Source: Lama glama
Taxonomy: Eukaryota
Length of the DNA stretch: 64,000 nt
NCBI GenBank assembly: GCA_028534125.1
Contig: CM052816.1
Coordinates: 25,546,001-25,610,000 of the forward strand
Direction of reading: 5' to 3'
In this document: piece after piece, positions 1 to 14,250 of the stretch
How the letters are laid out: the number at the start of each line of letters is the position of its first letter
How positions within the stretch are numbered: position 1 is the stretch's first letter
Notes under the pieces: generated by a model
What the model was told of the DNA's origin: nothing
Database searches by the model: none
Seen by the model: only the letters and a program-made list of their open reading frames with translations
Program-made: the position numbers and the translations under genes

Positions 1-3000
1 TGAATAGAAAGGTGTAACAAGTTTCATATTAGATGCACAAACATGTTGGTCCTTTCGGCTCTTCAGGTAGTAAACTGAGTAACAGGCATAGACCCAAAAG
101 TTTAAAATCTAGTTCCTAATCTGGTATTTATTTTTGAAATGTATTGAGAGGCTTCCTTTTTAAAATTACACACAAGATTATGTTTTTGTTACTTACACAG
201 CATGGTAGGTAATACCACTTTTAAGACTTAAGAGAAAAACTTAAAGTGGGAGAGTATTACACAAATCAAATACTGTAAGTGAGTGGTACATCTTATATCA
301 CATAACTAATATGATTGGGGAAGAGAGTAGGTTCAATGTTTTAAATCTATTTTGCGGCACATGTGTTTGTGTGGCCATATTTATGCAAAACTCATTTATT
401 TCATTCTTTGGGTGCTTAGTTTTTTCTAATACCCTCATAATTTGGGGAAATAAGTGAAGCTGAAAATTAAGTAAACTAATAATCTTTGTTTCCTTTTTTT
501 ATATACTATTGTGATACCATTATCTTCTGATATGAAATTTATTAATTTTTAATTATAAAAATTTTGTAAGTCAGTGGTAGATGTTTTTTGTCAGGAAAAG
601 GTCAACGCTCTTAGTCTTGTCAATGCAATGAGGTTGACAGTTGACACCACTCTTCCTTTTGAGTATATCATAATTTATGCATCTCCTGGACACCTGACTG
701 GTTTAGGTGGACATTTTTCCATCTGTACTTGAGCTTTCTGCCATCTTAATTTCCAAGCCTAGTATTTAGAGACATTTCCTTTCATTTTTCTGCTACTTTC
801 TCTGATTTTCAAATCCTTGGGTGTTTTTTCCCTTTCTGGTGCTAAGCTTCAGTTCCTGAGAGAAAAAGCAGGGATTACTCACTGTCATGGTGCACTGAAT
901 GCCAGCAACAGCCAGGACACTTAATTATCTCAAATAGTCATTGCATAGATTCACAAAATCATCCTCTTGTCACATTATTATTACATGATCCCCAAATGAG
1001 ACCATAATATTTATTTTATTTTTCTTTTTGATATATCTAAAAATAGGGCAGGCAATTACTAAAGGAGAAATTAAGAGTCTAAAGATTTTAGAAGACAAGT
1101 CCTTATTTCCCATTTAGTATTGCTTGGGCAGTTTGTATGTTTGCTTCCTTTCAGTTTATTTTCTTAACAATCTATGATAAACTCTCCCATACTCATTTTG
1201 GTTCTAATTTCTTAAGGTATTTTATTTGATGTTATATATGATATTGTAGAACTCATCCAAGTATGAACTTTCAGAGCAATTTTCCATAATTTTACCAAAA
1301 TAGTCCCTACAATCAGAATAAATAAAACTACACACAGTTTTATTTATTCATGGTACTTAAGGATTTACCAGCTATCTGTAAACTCCAACCCACTACATTA
1401 TTTATAAATATATATATATATACTGATTAGTTCTTATAGTTCTAGGATCTGTTCTTTCTTCATTTGCAATTCATTTTTATATAATCAACCTATTTACTAT
1501 GACCATAGAGTCAGTTTAATCCTTTTTTAATATAATTGAGAGCCAAGTCTTTAGAAGTAAGAAAGAAAGAAATGGTCTTCTCTTCCCTTTCTTCTCTTAC
1601 TAACCTGCCAAAAAGGTCTGTATTTAGGATCCTAGGATAATATCTTGGTTTTAACTCCATAAGGATGTTATGCTCAGATTGTTCTTGTCTGATTGCTCCA
1701 TCTAGCCTTTCACATGTAATAGTAAATTGGTGCTACATCCCCCATTAATGGTCTTCAGATGGATTTGACTCATTTTTTTGAAGAGTCTCATTAGGAGACA
1801 ATCATACTTTCCTTTGGTAAAAAAGAACCAATCTCATTTTCCAGTTCAGTTCAGAAGATTTGGCTTTCCCATCCAAAAAGGCTTTCATGGACAAGAGTTT
1901 TATCTGGAATAGCAAACTATTTCTGCCCAGAGACTAGGAAATAGTCATTAAAAGGTACTAGACTTTCAAAGTATGTTGAATTACTAATAAATTCACTGAC
2001 TTGACTTGCTGTATTCTTTCTCAGCTCTTACTCACCACTCCCATAGAGAGGGAACAGCAACTTCAAAGGCCCTGATGCTAGAGAAAAAAAAAAAAACTTG
2101 GCTGACTCTTGCCAGAGTCCTTCTTAGAATGGGAGGTAATATAAATTCAGTTTTAGGGAAGCTGCTTTTGGAGCCAAGTTAGCCTTCAAAGGGAGAAAAA
2201 AGACTCAGCTTCAGAAAGAGAGATGGTATTGCCATTTTCCTTGGTGTTTGATGGATTTTATGCTTTCTGAGTCTAATCACTCATGAGGCTCAACTTTGAT
2301 TACTTCCACTAGATTTAGTGAGACATCTTGCAGTATACCCCTATTCTCTGAGGATGAGGCTTAGAAGCACCCTACAGCCTTGGTCTTCCAGCCTTGGTCA
2401 CTTTCTTGGGGGACAACACAGAAGCCATAATGCTGTGCTCAAGATATGCCAAGCACAGTCTCCTCTTAGCCTTCAGAGAAAAATCTCTGCCCTTCTCTCA
2501 TCTCTTCTGTCTTCCCTCTCTCCTGAATGTCATCAATCTCGCCCTTCCTACCCTAGGTGACCCTTGTACAAGAGATTAGACTCAAGGGTTTAGGCTTTCT
2601 AAACCAGAAAACCAGGAAGAGAATTGACTTCAAGCTATTTCTGCTTTCACCCGGCAACTCTAAGCCATAGAAAGGCAAAAGTCCAACTACCTTTTCTAGA
2701 ATTGGCAAGGGAGAAATGCGAAGAAAACATTACTATGAGTCGATGCACGAGCAAACTCTATCACCTTGATAGTTTAAGTGTATATCTGCTACTTGTAAAT
2801 GAAAAATTATTGACTAAGGAAAAGATTATTGAAAATAACAAATGGCTGTTATCACCATGTCATTACCAGAGCCAAGTCTGATGAATAAGGTGGTGTTCAA
2901 GATGGGTAATTCAGTTTGGGATCCAAAATGAGCTGTAACTATATAGTAATTAAATTGACATTATTAATGACTTGCAAGCTGGCTCTTAAATCAATTCCAA

Positions 3001-3114
3001 AGCATGAAAATAACTATAAAGCTACCCAAAACTGCTATGATCGACAGCTTTTATTTGCATATAAAATTGCTGGTGATGTACTTCTTTACTTTTCAATAAT
3101 ATCAATATGTCACA

Positions 3115-4690
3115 ATTCATTATTCAACAAATATTTGTTGAATTCCTCTGTGCCAGGAACTGTTCTAGGCACTAAGGGTCCTTTGGTGAATAAAAACAAG
3201 CAAATTTTAAAAAATGCTTGCCCATATGAACCTTATATTCTCATGGATGAAAGCACACAATAAACAAAATACATAGTTATATTTGATGTTGCATTGTGAT
3301 AAGTGCTATAGAGAAAATTCAGAGAGAGGAGGAGGGTAGGAAGGGTGGAGATAGGGAAAGGAATTCCGAATATGGTGGTCAGAGGATGTCTCACCAAGGT
3401 GACGTTTGAGCCAAGGCTTAATAGAGATGTGGGTACATGAAGGAAGAGTATTTTAGGAAGAGATCAGTAGAAGTGAATGCCTGGCATGTTTAAGATGGCA
3501 CTAAGTGGTTCATGTCAAGAGGGCGCAAGGCAGAGAATAGCAGGAAATCAGACCTAACAAAGATTGGATCACAGAGCCCTTAGAGAGTGTAGTAGGAACT
3601 CTGGCTTTTACTCTCATGATATAGAGGAAGTTATTTGTAGGGTTTGACATCAGATTTCTGTATCATTGTGACTGCTATGTTGAAGGTAGACTAAAGGACA
3701 TGAAAATAGGCTAAACAGACTAAAAGACGTGTGTTGAAAATAGGCTCAAGTAGAAATCAGAGAGACAAATGGGAAGTGTAGTGCAGTAATCCCAGGAAGA
3801 GGTGACAGTGCGTCGCACCAGCCTGCAAGCAGGTGTTGTGGGAGAATAGGTTCTTGCCTCGTGCAGAAAAGAATTCAAGAGAAAGGTATGGGAAAGTGAA
3901 AGCAAGTTTATTTAGAGAGATACACGTTCCATGGACAGAATGGGGTCTGTCTCACTCAGAAGGAAAGACAGCTTAGAAGGTACATACTCCATAGGCAGAA
4001 TATGGGCCATCTCAGAAAGGTAAGCGGGAGAGAAGCCAAGGTGTAGGGTGTTTAGTTTAAAGTAAAAGTAGATGCACATTCTGTAGACAGAGTGCTGTCC
4101 GTCTCAGAAGCCGAGAGATTGAGAGCGACCGTGAGGTGCAGGGCTGTTAGGTTTTGTGGGCGCTATAATTTCGTATGCTGAGGAGTAGGACGATTAGTCC
4201 AGCTACTTTGGAGAAGGGGTGAGGATTTCCAGGAAATGCCCCCCAGCCCAAGTTTTGACCTTTTGTGGTCAGCCTAGGAGCTGTCATGGTGCCTATGGGT
4301 GTGCCATGAGGCTCAAGGGCTACTGGAAGTAGATCTTCCACCCTCTTGGTTATAACCAGTTTGTCCTGTCCTCAGTTGCCATGTCATTCCTTCAGTGGTT
4401 GCGCCCTGCCTCCTTTCCTCCCACTTCACAGTGAGGGTGATGAGAACTGGTCAAACTCAGGATGAAATCAGAAGGTGAAACCCAGCAGAATTTGCTGCCA
4501 CATTGGATGTGAAATGGGATCAGAGTTAGAGATGGGTAAAAGTACAGGTCAGGCAAGTTGGGGATTTCATTTCTGGATATAGTAAGTTTCCACACTTATT
4601 AGACAGTCAAGTAGTACTAGTCTGAAGACCAGGGCTGGGGTAAAAGCTAGAGAAAAAAACATTGAGAGTCATGATTCTAGAGAGAATGTT
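3115..4690 (-). mobile_element. L2 LINE 3' portion (antisense), split by an LTR at 3834-4428
   Basis: Starts with 'ttcattattcaacaaatatttgttgaattcctctgtgccaggaactgttctaggcact', the antisense L2 3' end. L2-like sequence resumes after the LTR ('cagcagaatttgctgccacattggatgtg'). Confidence 0.75.
3834..4428 (-). mobile_element. ERV1-class solo LTR (family A, copy 1)
   Basis: TG...CA termini; 4-bp flanks cagg/cagt; minus-strand AATAAA at 3907-3912; end-to-end similarity with 56364-56893. Confidence 0.85.
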
Positions 4691-4849
4691 AAAATTTTGA
4701 TTTAAGTTCCCATAATTTACATGCTGATTTACAGAATTTTTATCTGGTAGCAATACAGATAATTTCTGTCCAGTGGAAATTTATGGATTTTTTCCAATCC
4801 TGTAAGACATTAACCTGTTTTGTATCTAATCCTGAACCCTTGTCTTAAC

Positions 4850-5536
4850 ATTCTACAATGCCAATCTGACACTTAACTGAGTTATCGAAGACTTCACAGG
4901 TAGAGACTCAGTCTTCCACAAGACTCCCCTCACTTCAGACATCAGTTGCAGGCTCCAGGGTTCCTAGCCACCCACACTTATGACCAGCTGCCTTTAAATT
5001 TGAAGGTTCCCGTTATCTCCTTATGTGTGATAATTTGCTAGAGACACTCACAAAGCACCAGGTAGTGCTACGCTTAAAAATTACAGTTTTATTATAAAAG
5101 ATATAAATCAGGGCCAGCCAAGTAAAGAAGCACACAGGATGTCCCCCGAGCAAAGCTGCCATGTGACGTTTCACCCTCCCAGCATGTCAGTGTGTCAGTG
5201 ACCAGTGAAACTCACCCAAGTTTTGGTTTCCAAACTTTTTATTATATAGGTATGATTAATCAAATCATTGACCATGAACCGTCTCCAGCTCCCTTCCTCT
5301 CCCTGGAGATCAGGCTATTTATCATCTGCCTCAAAGCACCAACATTCCAGAATGGTCATTCTGGAACTACATTGGGGCACAGCAGGAGTGAACTGCACTA
5401 GCATAATCTCTAGTGTGGTCCCAGGGTCTTACCATGAATGACAAAGACTGTCCTGTCACTCAGGAGATTCCAAGGGTTAAAAGCTCCCTCTTGGGAACCC
5501 AGGACAAAGACCAGACACATTCTTTATTATACAACA
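4850..5536 (-). mobile_element. MER21-like LTR
   Basis: The reverse complement begins 'tgttgtataataaagaatgtgtctggtctttgtcctgggttcccaagagggagcttttaacccttggaatctcctgagtgacagg', matching the recalled MER21 5' end. Confidence 0.75.
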
Positions 5537-5729
5537 CATTCCTTTATTAAATTGCCAGTAATTACATAGCTCTTCAAATGTTCTTCAAATTCATTTTAAT
5601 CTCTTACTGGTCCCCTCATTAATTAATAAGTGCAGTAAAATATTGGACATGTATTCATTATATATTTTCTTGAAAGTCATGATTTTACATTTTTGAAAAT
5701 TAAACTTGAACGATAGTATTAAATGAGAT

Positions 5730-6570
5730 AACCAACAGAGTAAATCAAGAAGAAAGAGGGTCCACAGAACAACCCTTAAGCACTCAAAATTAAAGTTTAT
5801 GATAAAAAGCAAGAATTCATAGGAATGACTAGTGACCAAGAAGGAAACCAGGAAAAGTGTATTCTCCTAGAACCCAAGCAAAAATTGCAGTTCAAGGATA
5901 AGGTGGTCAACTGTATCAAATGTGGCTGAAATGTCATCATTGGATTTAGTAACTTAGTGGACTCTGGTGACCTTGACAAGAGCAGTTTTGAAAATGATGA
6001 GGCCATAACAAACAATGAAGTAATGATTCATCCTGTAATATGGATAAACTTTGAAAACATTATGCTAAGTGAAAGATGTCAGACACAAAAAGATTGCATA
6101 TTGTAAGTTTCCACTTATATGAAGTATCCAGAAGAGGTAAATACATAGAGACAGAGCACCAAGCATGGACAGCCAGAAATGGGGAACAACTTCTTAATGG
6201 GTCCAGGGTTTTCTTTGGGGCTGATAAAAATGTTTTTGGAGCTAGATAGAAGGAGTGGTTGTGCACATTCTGAATGTACCAAATAGCACTGAATTGTTCA
6301 CCTTAAAATGGTTGATTTTATGTTATGCGAATTTTGCCTTAATTAAAAAAAAATAGGTGGAGAGAAGTTGGGGATAGTATAGGCCACTCTTCTATGAGAG
6401 ATTTGCTGATGGGAAACAAAAATAGAACTGTAGCTAGAGGAGGATATGGAGTCATGCAAAAGATCTAGTTTATATTAAGGGAAGAAGTAAGAACATATTT
6501 GATAGCTGATGGAAATGAACCTGTAGAAGGAAAAAAAATGGATGACGCAGAAAAAAGAAGGGAGATAGTC
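5730..6570 (-). mobile_element. Further L2 fragments flanking the L1MB insertion
   Basis: L2-type antisense motifs 'ttggatttagtaacttagtggactctggtgaccttgacaagagcagttt' and 'gtagctagaggaggatatggagtca'. Confidence 0.6.
6013..6353 (+). mobile_element. L1MB-type LINE-1 3' end
   Basis: Contains 'gaaaacattatgctaagtgaaagatgtcagacacaaaaag' and 'cactgaattgttcaccttaaaatggttgattttatgttatg', followed by an A-tail. Confidence 0.85.
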
Positions 6571-9500
6571 ATTCCATTTCTTATACATTTTGTTTTCATT
6601 AAAATGCAAAAAAAAACAAAAACAAAGAAACCGTCTTTCAGAATCCACTTACATAATATTAAACCAAATATTTCTGGTGTCTCATCCGAGCTAGGCCACT
6701 ATCTTGTTCTGTGTCTTCACAAAGTCTCCCAAATCCTCAAACCTAAGTTTTCTCCTCTGTAAAATGAAAGAACTGACTGAGATTATCCCTCAGAATCCTC
6801 TCAGTCCCAGAGCTCTGATTTTTCTGATACTCACTGATTTATTTTATTATAAGATCTAAGAATATCCTTATGAAGTCTTCTCTCACAGCATTCATATCAT
6901 TGGATTTACTCAAACTTCCTTTTTAAAAAATACAAAGCTATACTGATTTATAGCAGATTAAATGAACAGAACACACAGGTTGAGCAAAGAACTGAAGACT
7001 AGCTAGATGCAATCAGACACATCTGGGTGGATTTAACACCACAGCTTTAAAACATCTGGGTGACGTTAGTACTCTGGTTCTGGAAATCATACATTCCTAA
7101 GTGTGACATTACTTTGGATGAGCAACTTGTATCCTTAAGCTGCAAATGCTTCATTTTGGCAAGAAAACTTGATAACCAGAGGAAGAAGCACAAAAGAAAA
7201 TAAAAATCAGAGCATATCTAGCATGCAATGGTGAGCTATCTTGATGCAGAAAACTAAACTCTGATTATGATACATGATTTATTTAGAGATTACAGATATT
7301 TATAACCCACTCACTCATCAAATTCACTGTGCCTGAACCCAAAACATTACATTTCCCACACTTCTCCGCATGACTTTTTCACTGTTCCTCTCACCGGTAT
7401 CCTGGTTCAAACTTAGAAATCAGTTTTGACCCTCTTCCTCTTTGGACCCCTTTCCTACATCAGGTCGTTTGTTCAGTCCTGTAGATTTTTCTCATCTGCA
7501 TCTTGTTCCTGGCTCCCTTCTCACAGTACCACTGCTGCCCTCCTTGTCACTCTCCAGAATTACTGCTGCCAAACGTTCCCTGGAGCGTGGACTGCTACAA
7601 GCCTTTCCCGGCCATTCTGTCTGTTCCCACATTCCATTCATGCTGCTTTGCCAATTAACCCTTTTAGGAAGCGAGACCAACCTTTGTAAGACTGAGCTCA
7701 AAACACCCAATAGTGGCCTCCAGTGGGATTCAGACCACAGGCTGTATCTAGCACCAATGCCTCGAGCAGAAAGAAAAGTCTTGAAACATGGCCCCATCTT
7801 TATTTCTAGTATTCCCCAGGTAATCACCTAACCTCCTGCCAAATGAGACTCCTCATATCCCAGCATGATGATGATAATGTTCTTAAAACATATTCTTGTC
7901 TTGCCTTTTTCATATATCAATGTATTTACCTATTCAAGCAGAAGCATCTTTAGTCACAGAAAGGATTTGGATGACTACAGCAGAAATGGAAAGAGAAGCT
8001 CTGCTCAGTTTTGACTTCAAAGCTGGGTCAGAAGGACACAAAGTGTGGAGACCTTAGAGCCAGAGGTCTGGCAAGTCCTTGGGTCACCTTGGCACATGGG
8101 ACCAGCGTGAGATCACCCTCTCTACTCAAGTTCCCCTCTCCTCACATGGGGAATGAAACTTAACCAAGAGCCTTGCTTCAGGGGAGGCCCTATAAGTTGG
8201 CAAGTAAGATTGACAATGGCAGCTCTAGAAATAAAAGGTAGAAAAATTGCCTTTTAAGGAGATGGGTTTGTTACTGTGGGTGTGTGGCTTTACTTCATGG
8301 AATCTGTCCTCCAGAATCTCTTCTAAACTCCCTATACGTCACCACTGCTTTTGGAGAATTTTGACTTTTTAAAAGGCATTTGGTAAGGTAATGAAGGCAG
8401 TGATGTTGTCAGTGTTGTACACAGAGAACTCAATGGTATTCTCCTTGGACAGCCATATAATGAGTTGTGTTTCTAGACTTTGTCCTTGAATGAAAGGAAA
8501 TGGCAGACTTTGTACTGGGTACTAACATCAGTATGTAATTTTGTGTTTCATTGGTTAACACAGATTTTTAAACTAGCAAGAAAAATGAACTCTTCTGGAT
8601 GAAAGGCTGAGATTTAATAGATATTAATTGTTGGAATTATTTTTTAAAGTTGTTAGTCTTTTTAGTCAAACTGCTTAACTCCTCAATTGTCCAAACAGAT
8701 AAAATAAGTTGAGGAGGTGGTGGTGGGGTAGTGAGACAACCATCCACAACACAAGGAAAATAAGTTTATTATTTATAAAATACTTTCCATTTAAGTATTT
8801 TTGCACTGTTAGTCAAATCAGTGTTTTTTTAAAATAGCAAAAGAAAATAGATAAAAAGCTACAAAAGTCAATGGTATTAGGCAAATTAGCTTTACTCCTT
8901 TTGGCCTGTACTAGTAATTCAAGACAACTGACCTAATCCAAGTTGCAAAAAAATAATTAAAAATTTAAAACACTGAGGCTTAAATTATGCTCATAACTCC
9001 TCACACCAACATAATACTTATTACTACATGAAAGTTTTTAAATAGTTTTGATCCTCAAAGGAACTCTGAGAATTAACAACTTCTCGATTAAGTTGAGAGC
9101 AGGCGGGAGGAAGTAGGGTCCCTCTGAAGGGGAGAAGCTCATGAACAAAGTCCTCCCAGTCTGGTCCTGGCTATGAATGATTGGATTTACTTATCTAGAA
9201 GGCTTAATTAATCAAAGAATATCTTTCTTTTCATTACCGTTATATTGAGAGCCAAGAAGACGACAACCTTTAAGAAAGATGTTTTTCAAGAGATTTTTAT
9301 TTTCCATGTAATCTGGCAAATGGTACAGTATCTACAAGAATTACTGACCATGTCAAGTCTGCTGACGGCTACCTGACAGGCAGCATCATTCAGGATCATT
9401 TGCTGGTGGGGCTTTTTTTTTCTTAGTTCGAAATTGTGGTGATAAGATGGATAAGGTCATTTAAAGATGGTGACATGTGGTATCCGCTAACAAATGCTGG

Positions 9501-10049
9501 GTCGTATTTAAAACATGCTGAGAGCAGCACAGAGGCAGGGACAAAATGTTCGGAGCTTTTCAAGCCTAATGTCTCTTTCACTGTATAGATTTCCATCAAC
9601 TGGTTCTATTAGGTAAATTACATCTGACCTTTATATCTCAGTAAAGGTAAATGTAATTTAAGAGTTTATGAGAATGGGAGTAGAGAAAATGGAAAAAGTC
9701 CACTGTGCGGAGCAGGAATTGTGAAATAATGATGCAGAAGTCTCCAAATAAATGTCCCCTGTATGTAGTTCTGATCAGTTCCACTGGAACAGCCCAAGAA
9801 AGAAACGGTTTTGTTCTTTGCTGTTTTGCTTGTTTTTTCCCTCTTTAAAATAAATCTCAGAGTTGCAACCTAATTCTTTTCTTTGGTCCAAGTTGTCTTG
9901 GGAATCGTCACTTTTTCTATTCAGTATGTATCAATAAGCACACACAGGACAGCAGAGGTGCAATGCAATAGTTGTTCTCCTAGGCTGCAGCCTAGATGTC
10001 CTTACAAGCTTTAGGAGGAAGGTCTCCTGTGTTTTTCAAGGGCCTCAAA

Positions 10050-10690
10050 AATATTCATAGATTTTCTTTATGTTTCCACTTTTAAGAATTTACCCAAATG
10101 AAATAAGAGATGTACACACTGATTGCTATAAAGCACTTGTTATAACAATTTGAAACAGTTAATGTTCCATAACAAGACGATAGTTAAATTATGATATAAC
10201 TTTACAGTGGAATAAATGCAGCCATTACAATCAGGTTTTCCAGAATGCTCCCACTTTTAAACAAGATATATATCTGGATTGAGAGAGAGAAAGAGTAAGA
10301 GATATTCTCCAGAAAGTTAAGGTCTAGGTGAATGATAGGATTGTGGGTGATTTTCTAAACAATTGAAAACAAATATGTATTATTGTACTTCACATAAAAG
10401 TAGTATTTTTTAAATTACCCTTAGAGAATATACAGTGGAATGAATAATGATCAAGGTAATTGTGAACTGAAGAAGCAAATACTGAATAGTACATACAGTA
10501 TAATTATATTTTCATAAAATTATATACATGCTTTAATATGAAAAGAGAATAAAGACCAAAAAGAAACAGAATGTAAACAGTGTCTGGGTTAAATAATTAT
10601 TGGTAATATTTATTACTTTATATTTTTCTGTATTTTCTAAAATTCCTAGAGCTAATGTTTATAAAATTAATATGTACAATAGGAAAAAAA
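10050..10690 (+). mobile_element. Old L1M (L1ME-like) 3' fragments
   Basis: Degenerate L1 3' motifs such as 'ttccacttttaagaatttacc' and 'cagtggaataaatgcagccatta'. Confidence 0.5.
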
Positions 10691-10779
10691 CATACAAAAA
10701 ACTTCCTTTATAAGCATTTCTATGTTTTATACATTTGGTCCTTACTCCATAACTCTAAACAGTGGGCGTGCTCACACCT

Positions 10780-11214
10780 CTTGTGGAGTCCACCTCCCAG
10801 TATGACCCCCAGTGATCTTCACTTCCTGATATTCACACTCTTCTGAGGTCCTCTGTTAGAAAGAGTAGCCTATGTGACCAAGGGGGTATTGCAAAAGTGA
10901 CAATGTGTGACTTCTGGGACTAGGTAATAATTGGCTTCTTAGACCACTCACTCTGCAGGAAGCAGCTATGGTGTCATGGGGGTGCTAAAGCAGCCTTCTA
11001 GAGAGAAACCGAGGCATCCTGCCATCTGCAGGCATGGTGCGCCTTATTGGGGGTGGATTTTACAGCCCCTTCATGACTATACCATGAGAAACTGAGTCAG
11101 AACTCCCCAGCCAAGCCACTCCAAATTCCTTATGCACAGAGTTAACTAGTGTTTATTGTTTTAAGCTGCAAAGTTATGGAGTAATTTGTTATGTAGCAGT
11201 CAATAGCAAATGCA
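10780..11214 (+). mobile_element. MaLR LTR, MLT1F/G-like
   Basis: Has 'atgacccccagtgatcttcacttcctgatattcacac' and the MLT1 3' end 'ttgttttaagctgcaaagttatggagtaatttgttatgtagcag'. Confidence 0.8.
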
Positions 11215-11849
11215 CCTCTCTTTCTTAATTTATGAATTTTGAACATTTTCTATGAATGTTCTATAACAGATGAGAATTAGCTCCCTCTCCCGTCCTCCAT
11301 TTGCAATCCCCTCCTCCTCTTTTCCCCAATTTTTGGTAATTGTATCATTTCATGAGTGAGGTGATTCTATCGACAATGTAAACATCTTTCTCTCCAGAAC
11401 AGCCATGTTGTACGGTAGGATTACGTTTCCACTTCTATTGATCCCACATGATGAATCCTAGGGGGCCTGAAGGAACATGTTTCTGTGATAAGATCAAATA
11501 TTCTTTTTTTTTTTTAGATTCCATCAGTATCTCAAAATCATGCTGTATCTCCGTTTGCTTCACATTTGGCAATGTCTTTCCTTTCCAACTTTTCCCCCAT
11601 ATGAGTACTTTTATATATCCTCTTCATTTTTTTTTCAATATGATCTTTCAGTTTTTTTACTGCAATTGAGTGAATCCATTCCATTCTTCCTAATGTCATT
11701 TTTGGAGTCCACTACATGCTGTACTAGTTAGGACTCATTGCTTGCATTCTGACATTTCTTTCCCTTGTACTCTTAGGTTAATTCCACCATTTCTTTTATT
11801 TCATGTGTTCCTATTATTTGTTTTTCTTCCCCGTCATTTCTCTAAAGCA

Positions 11850-12440
11850 TACTGTCAAATATATTTTTCAGGTTGGCCATATAAGAAGAAACTTTCCATG
11901 ACCTTGCCTGCAGTGTCTTCATTTATACCTCATGCTAGATCAAAATGTTGTTAGAAACATATCTCTAGCTTTAAAAACCTTTTCTCTCAGACTTTTAAAG
12001 TTATTGTCTTATAGATTCATTGTTATGAAAAAGAAATCTGACACCAGTCTGTTTGGTGTCAAACTTCACAGGACTTTTTTCTTCTCGGGAAGCTTTGAGA
12101 CTCCCGTCAGTGTATTTGCTTTACCGAAATTCCATGGCTCGATGTTGAGGTCATTTGGCCACACTTGAATTCCTTTGAAATGAAGGCTCTTGTCCTTTCT
12201 CAACTATAGGAAATTTTCTTCCACCATTATTTGACAATTCTCTCCTGGTCTTTTTCCATATTGTCTAATAATCAAATATTGAAACTTCTTAAATTATAGA
12301 AGTCTCACCTTTTCTTTCATATTTTCTTTATTTTTTATTTTGCTACATATTTTCTTCCCTCAACTCTATCTTCTGTCATTTTCATATATATAATTTTTAG
12401 TTTTCCCAAACTTTGATTTGCTATTACATTTAATTTGTAT
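11850..12440 (-). mobile_element. Old L1M internal fragment (antisense)
   Basis: T-rich, with 'ttgttatgaaaaagaaatctgacaccagtctg' and 'ggaaattttcttccaccattat', typical of decayed antisense L1. Confidence 0.5.
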
Positions 12441-12904
12441 TGTATTTAATGAGGTATGAAGATGACAAGCTAATTACATCACTGTACAAGGTACATCTTC
12501 GAATTGAAAATCAGAAATCAGTCTTCACTGGCCATTCTCTGCCGTGAGGTATCTCTCTCTTGGCGCTCCACATCAGGTGTCTTTCTCAAGACATTGAAAT
12601 AAGACAGAGATTGTGTGGTGGGTCACATAATATAGACCAGGAACACTTTGTATAGGGAATAACCAGGTTTCCTCAGGATAGCAAGAGACTGGGTGTGGGA
12701 GTACAACCTATGAACTGTTTTTCCCAATCTTCTCTTCCCCAAGTCCAGTCTCCCCACTCTCCTCTTTCCCTCAGAACCTGCCAGAAGAAAGCTAAAAATT
12801 TCCCTTTACTTAACTACGCAGAGCAATTTAAATGCCCTTGTTCCAACCTTCTCATCCAGGACCATTCTCTCAGCCTTTTATAATGTTTTACAACCTTTTA
12901 TAAC

Positions 12905-13170
12905 CACAACATACATCTTTAATTTATTCAGCCATTCAACAATCCTTAACACCCAAGTGCTCAATGTGTCCAGGTGCTCTTGTTCTGGGAGCCAAAGATT
13001 CAGCAGTAAAACAGAGACGAAAATACCTCCCCTCGTAGAGCTTATGCTCCAGTGGGAGAAACAGACTGTGTAAAATAAACAGGGAACGTGGAGAAAAATG
13101 GAGCAGGGAACAGAGAGGAAGGAAGGGTTTGCAGTTTTTAATAGAGGGATCAAGCAAGGATATCAAACCA
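12905..13170 (-). mobile_element. L2 3' end fragment
   Basis: 'tttattcagccattcaacaatcc...cctcccctcgtagagcttatgctccagtgggaga'. Confidence 0.7.
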
Positions 13171-13644
13171 GATGATTCAGCTTTACGTTTTCTGCTTCTG
13201 TCTACCTGGTTCACTTTGGTCTAATTTGAACAGGTCTTTTCAGGAAGATTCAGGAGTATTTAGTGATCAGAAGTTCTTGAGGCAGTAATCAGAATCAGCA
13301 GGAGACAGCTGACCCATCCCAGGCCCTCTGGTACTTGGGGATATCAAATCAAGTAAGATCTTTGTAGAAGAGGCTGGGAACTGTAATGTTTTCATGACCA
13401 ACATGACCTGCTATGAGGATCTCTTGTCCTCTCTTTCTAGTGCTTTCATTGAACTGGAGCAACCAGCCTCTTGGCCTTCTTACGAGAAATGCTAATACGA
13501 GCCAGATTTTCAGGTAAGCAAAAAATAAAAACAACAGAAAACCAGCTATACTTTCTTTCATGTTAAGTCACAGAAAAGAGCCATGTATGTGAATATAAAC
13601 TGAACATAAGGGTCAAAGTTAGGGGATTCTTTTCAGTGTATCTT

Positions 13645-13880
13645 TTCACTCCACATGAAGGGTGAACTCTAACGTAAACTATGGACTTTGGATGATAATG
13701 ATGTGTCAGGATAGGTTCCTTATGTGTAGCACATGTACCACTCTGGTGCAGGGATATTGATAATGGAGATGACCATGCATGTGTTGGAGGCAGGGGCTCT
13801 ATGGGAAGTTGCTGTACTTTACTCTCAATTTTATGAACCCTAAACTGCCTTTAAAAAGGAAAATTTTGAATTAAAAATAA
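13645..13880 (+). mobile_element. L1MC-type 3' end
   Basis: 'gtgaactctaacgtaaactatggactttggatgataatgatgtgtca...atgtaccactctggtgcagggatattgataatgg'. Confidence 0.85.
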
Positions 13881-14250
13881 ATTAATTAAATGGAGAAAGG
13901 TCCATTCAATCAGTCTTCTGAATATGCTAAATTCTAAATTGCAGAAAAAAGGTCCTTTTTAAGGCTATTAATTTGAAGAAGTCCTGCAAGGTTGCCTTCC
14001 TCAAGTTGAAAACTCCTGTTTTCCACTACAGGAACCTGATGTAGAACATGGCCTGATTCACCTGCTCCACAAGGATACAGTGTCTGTCTTGCTTTTGGCA
14101 CTTACCATTTTCAACAGGATTCACACACCTAGTTGCCTACTTTCCCAACAAGGCTGTGAAATCCTCTCAGACAGGGACCAAATCTTAGCCTTCAAACAGT
14201 GCCCAGCAGCTAACTGGTTCTTAATGTATGCTGACCACATAGTGTATATC

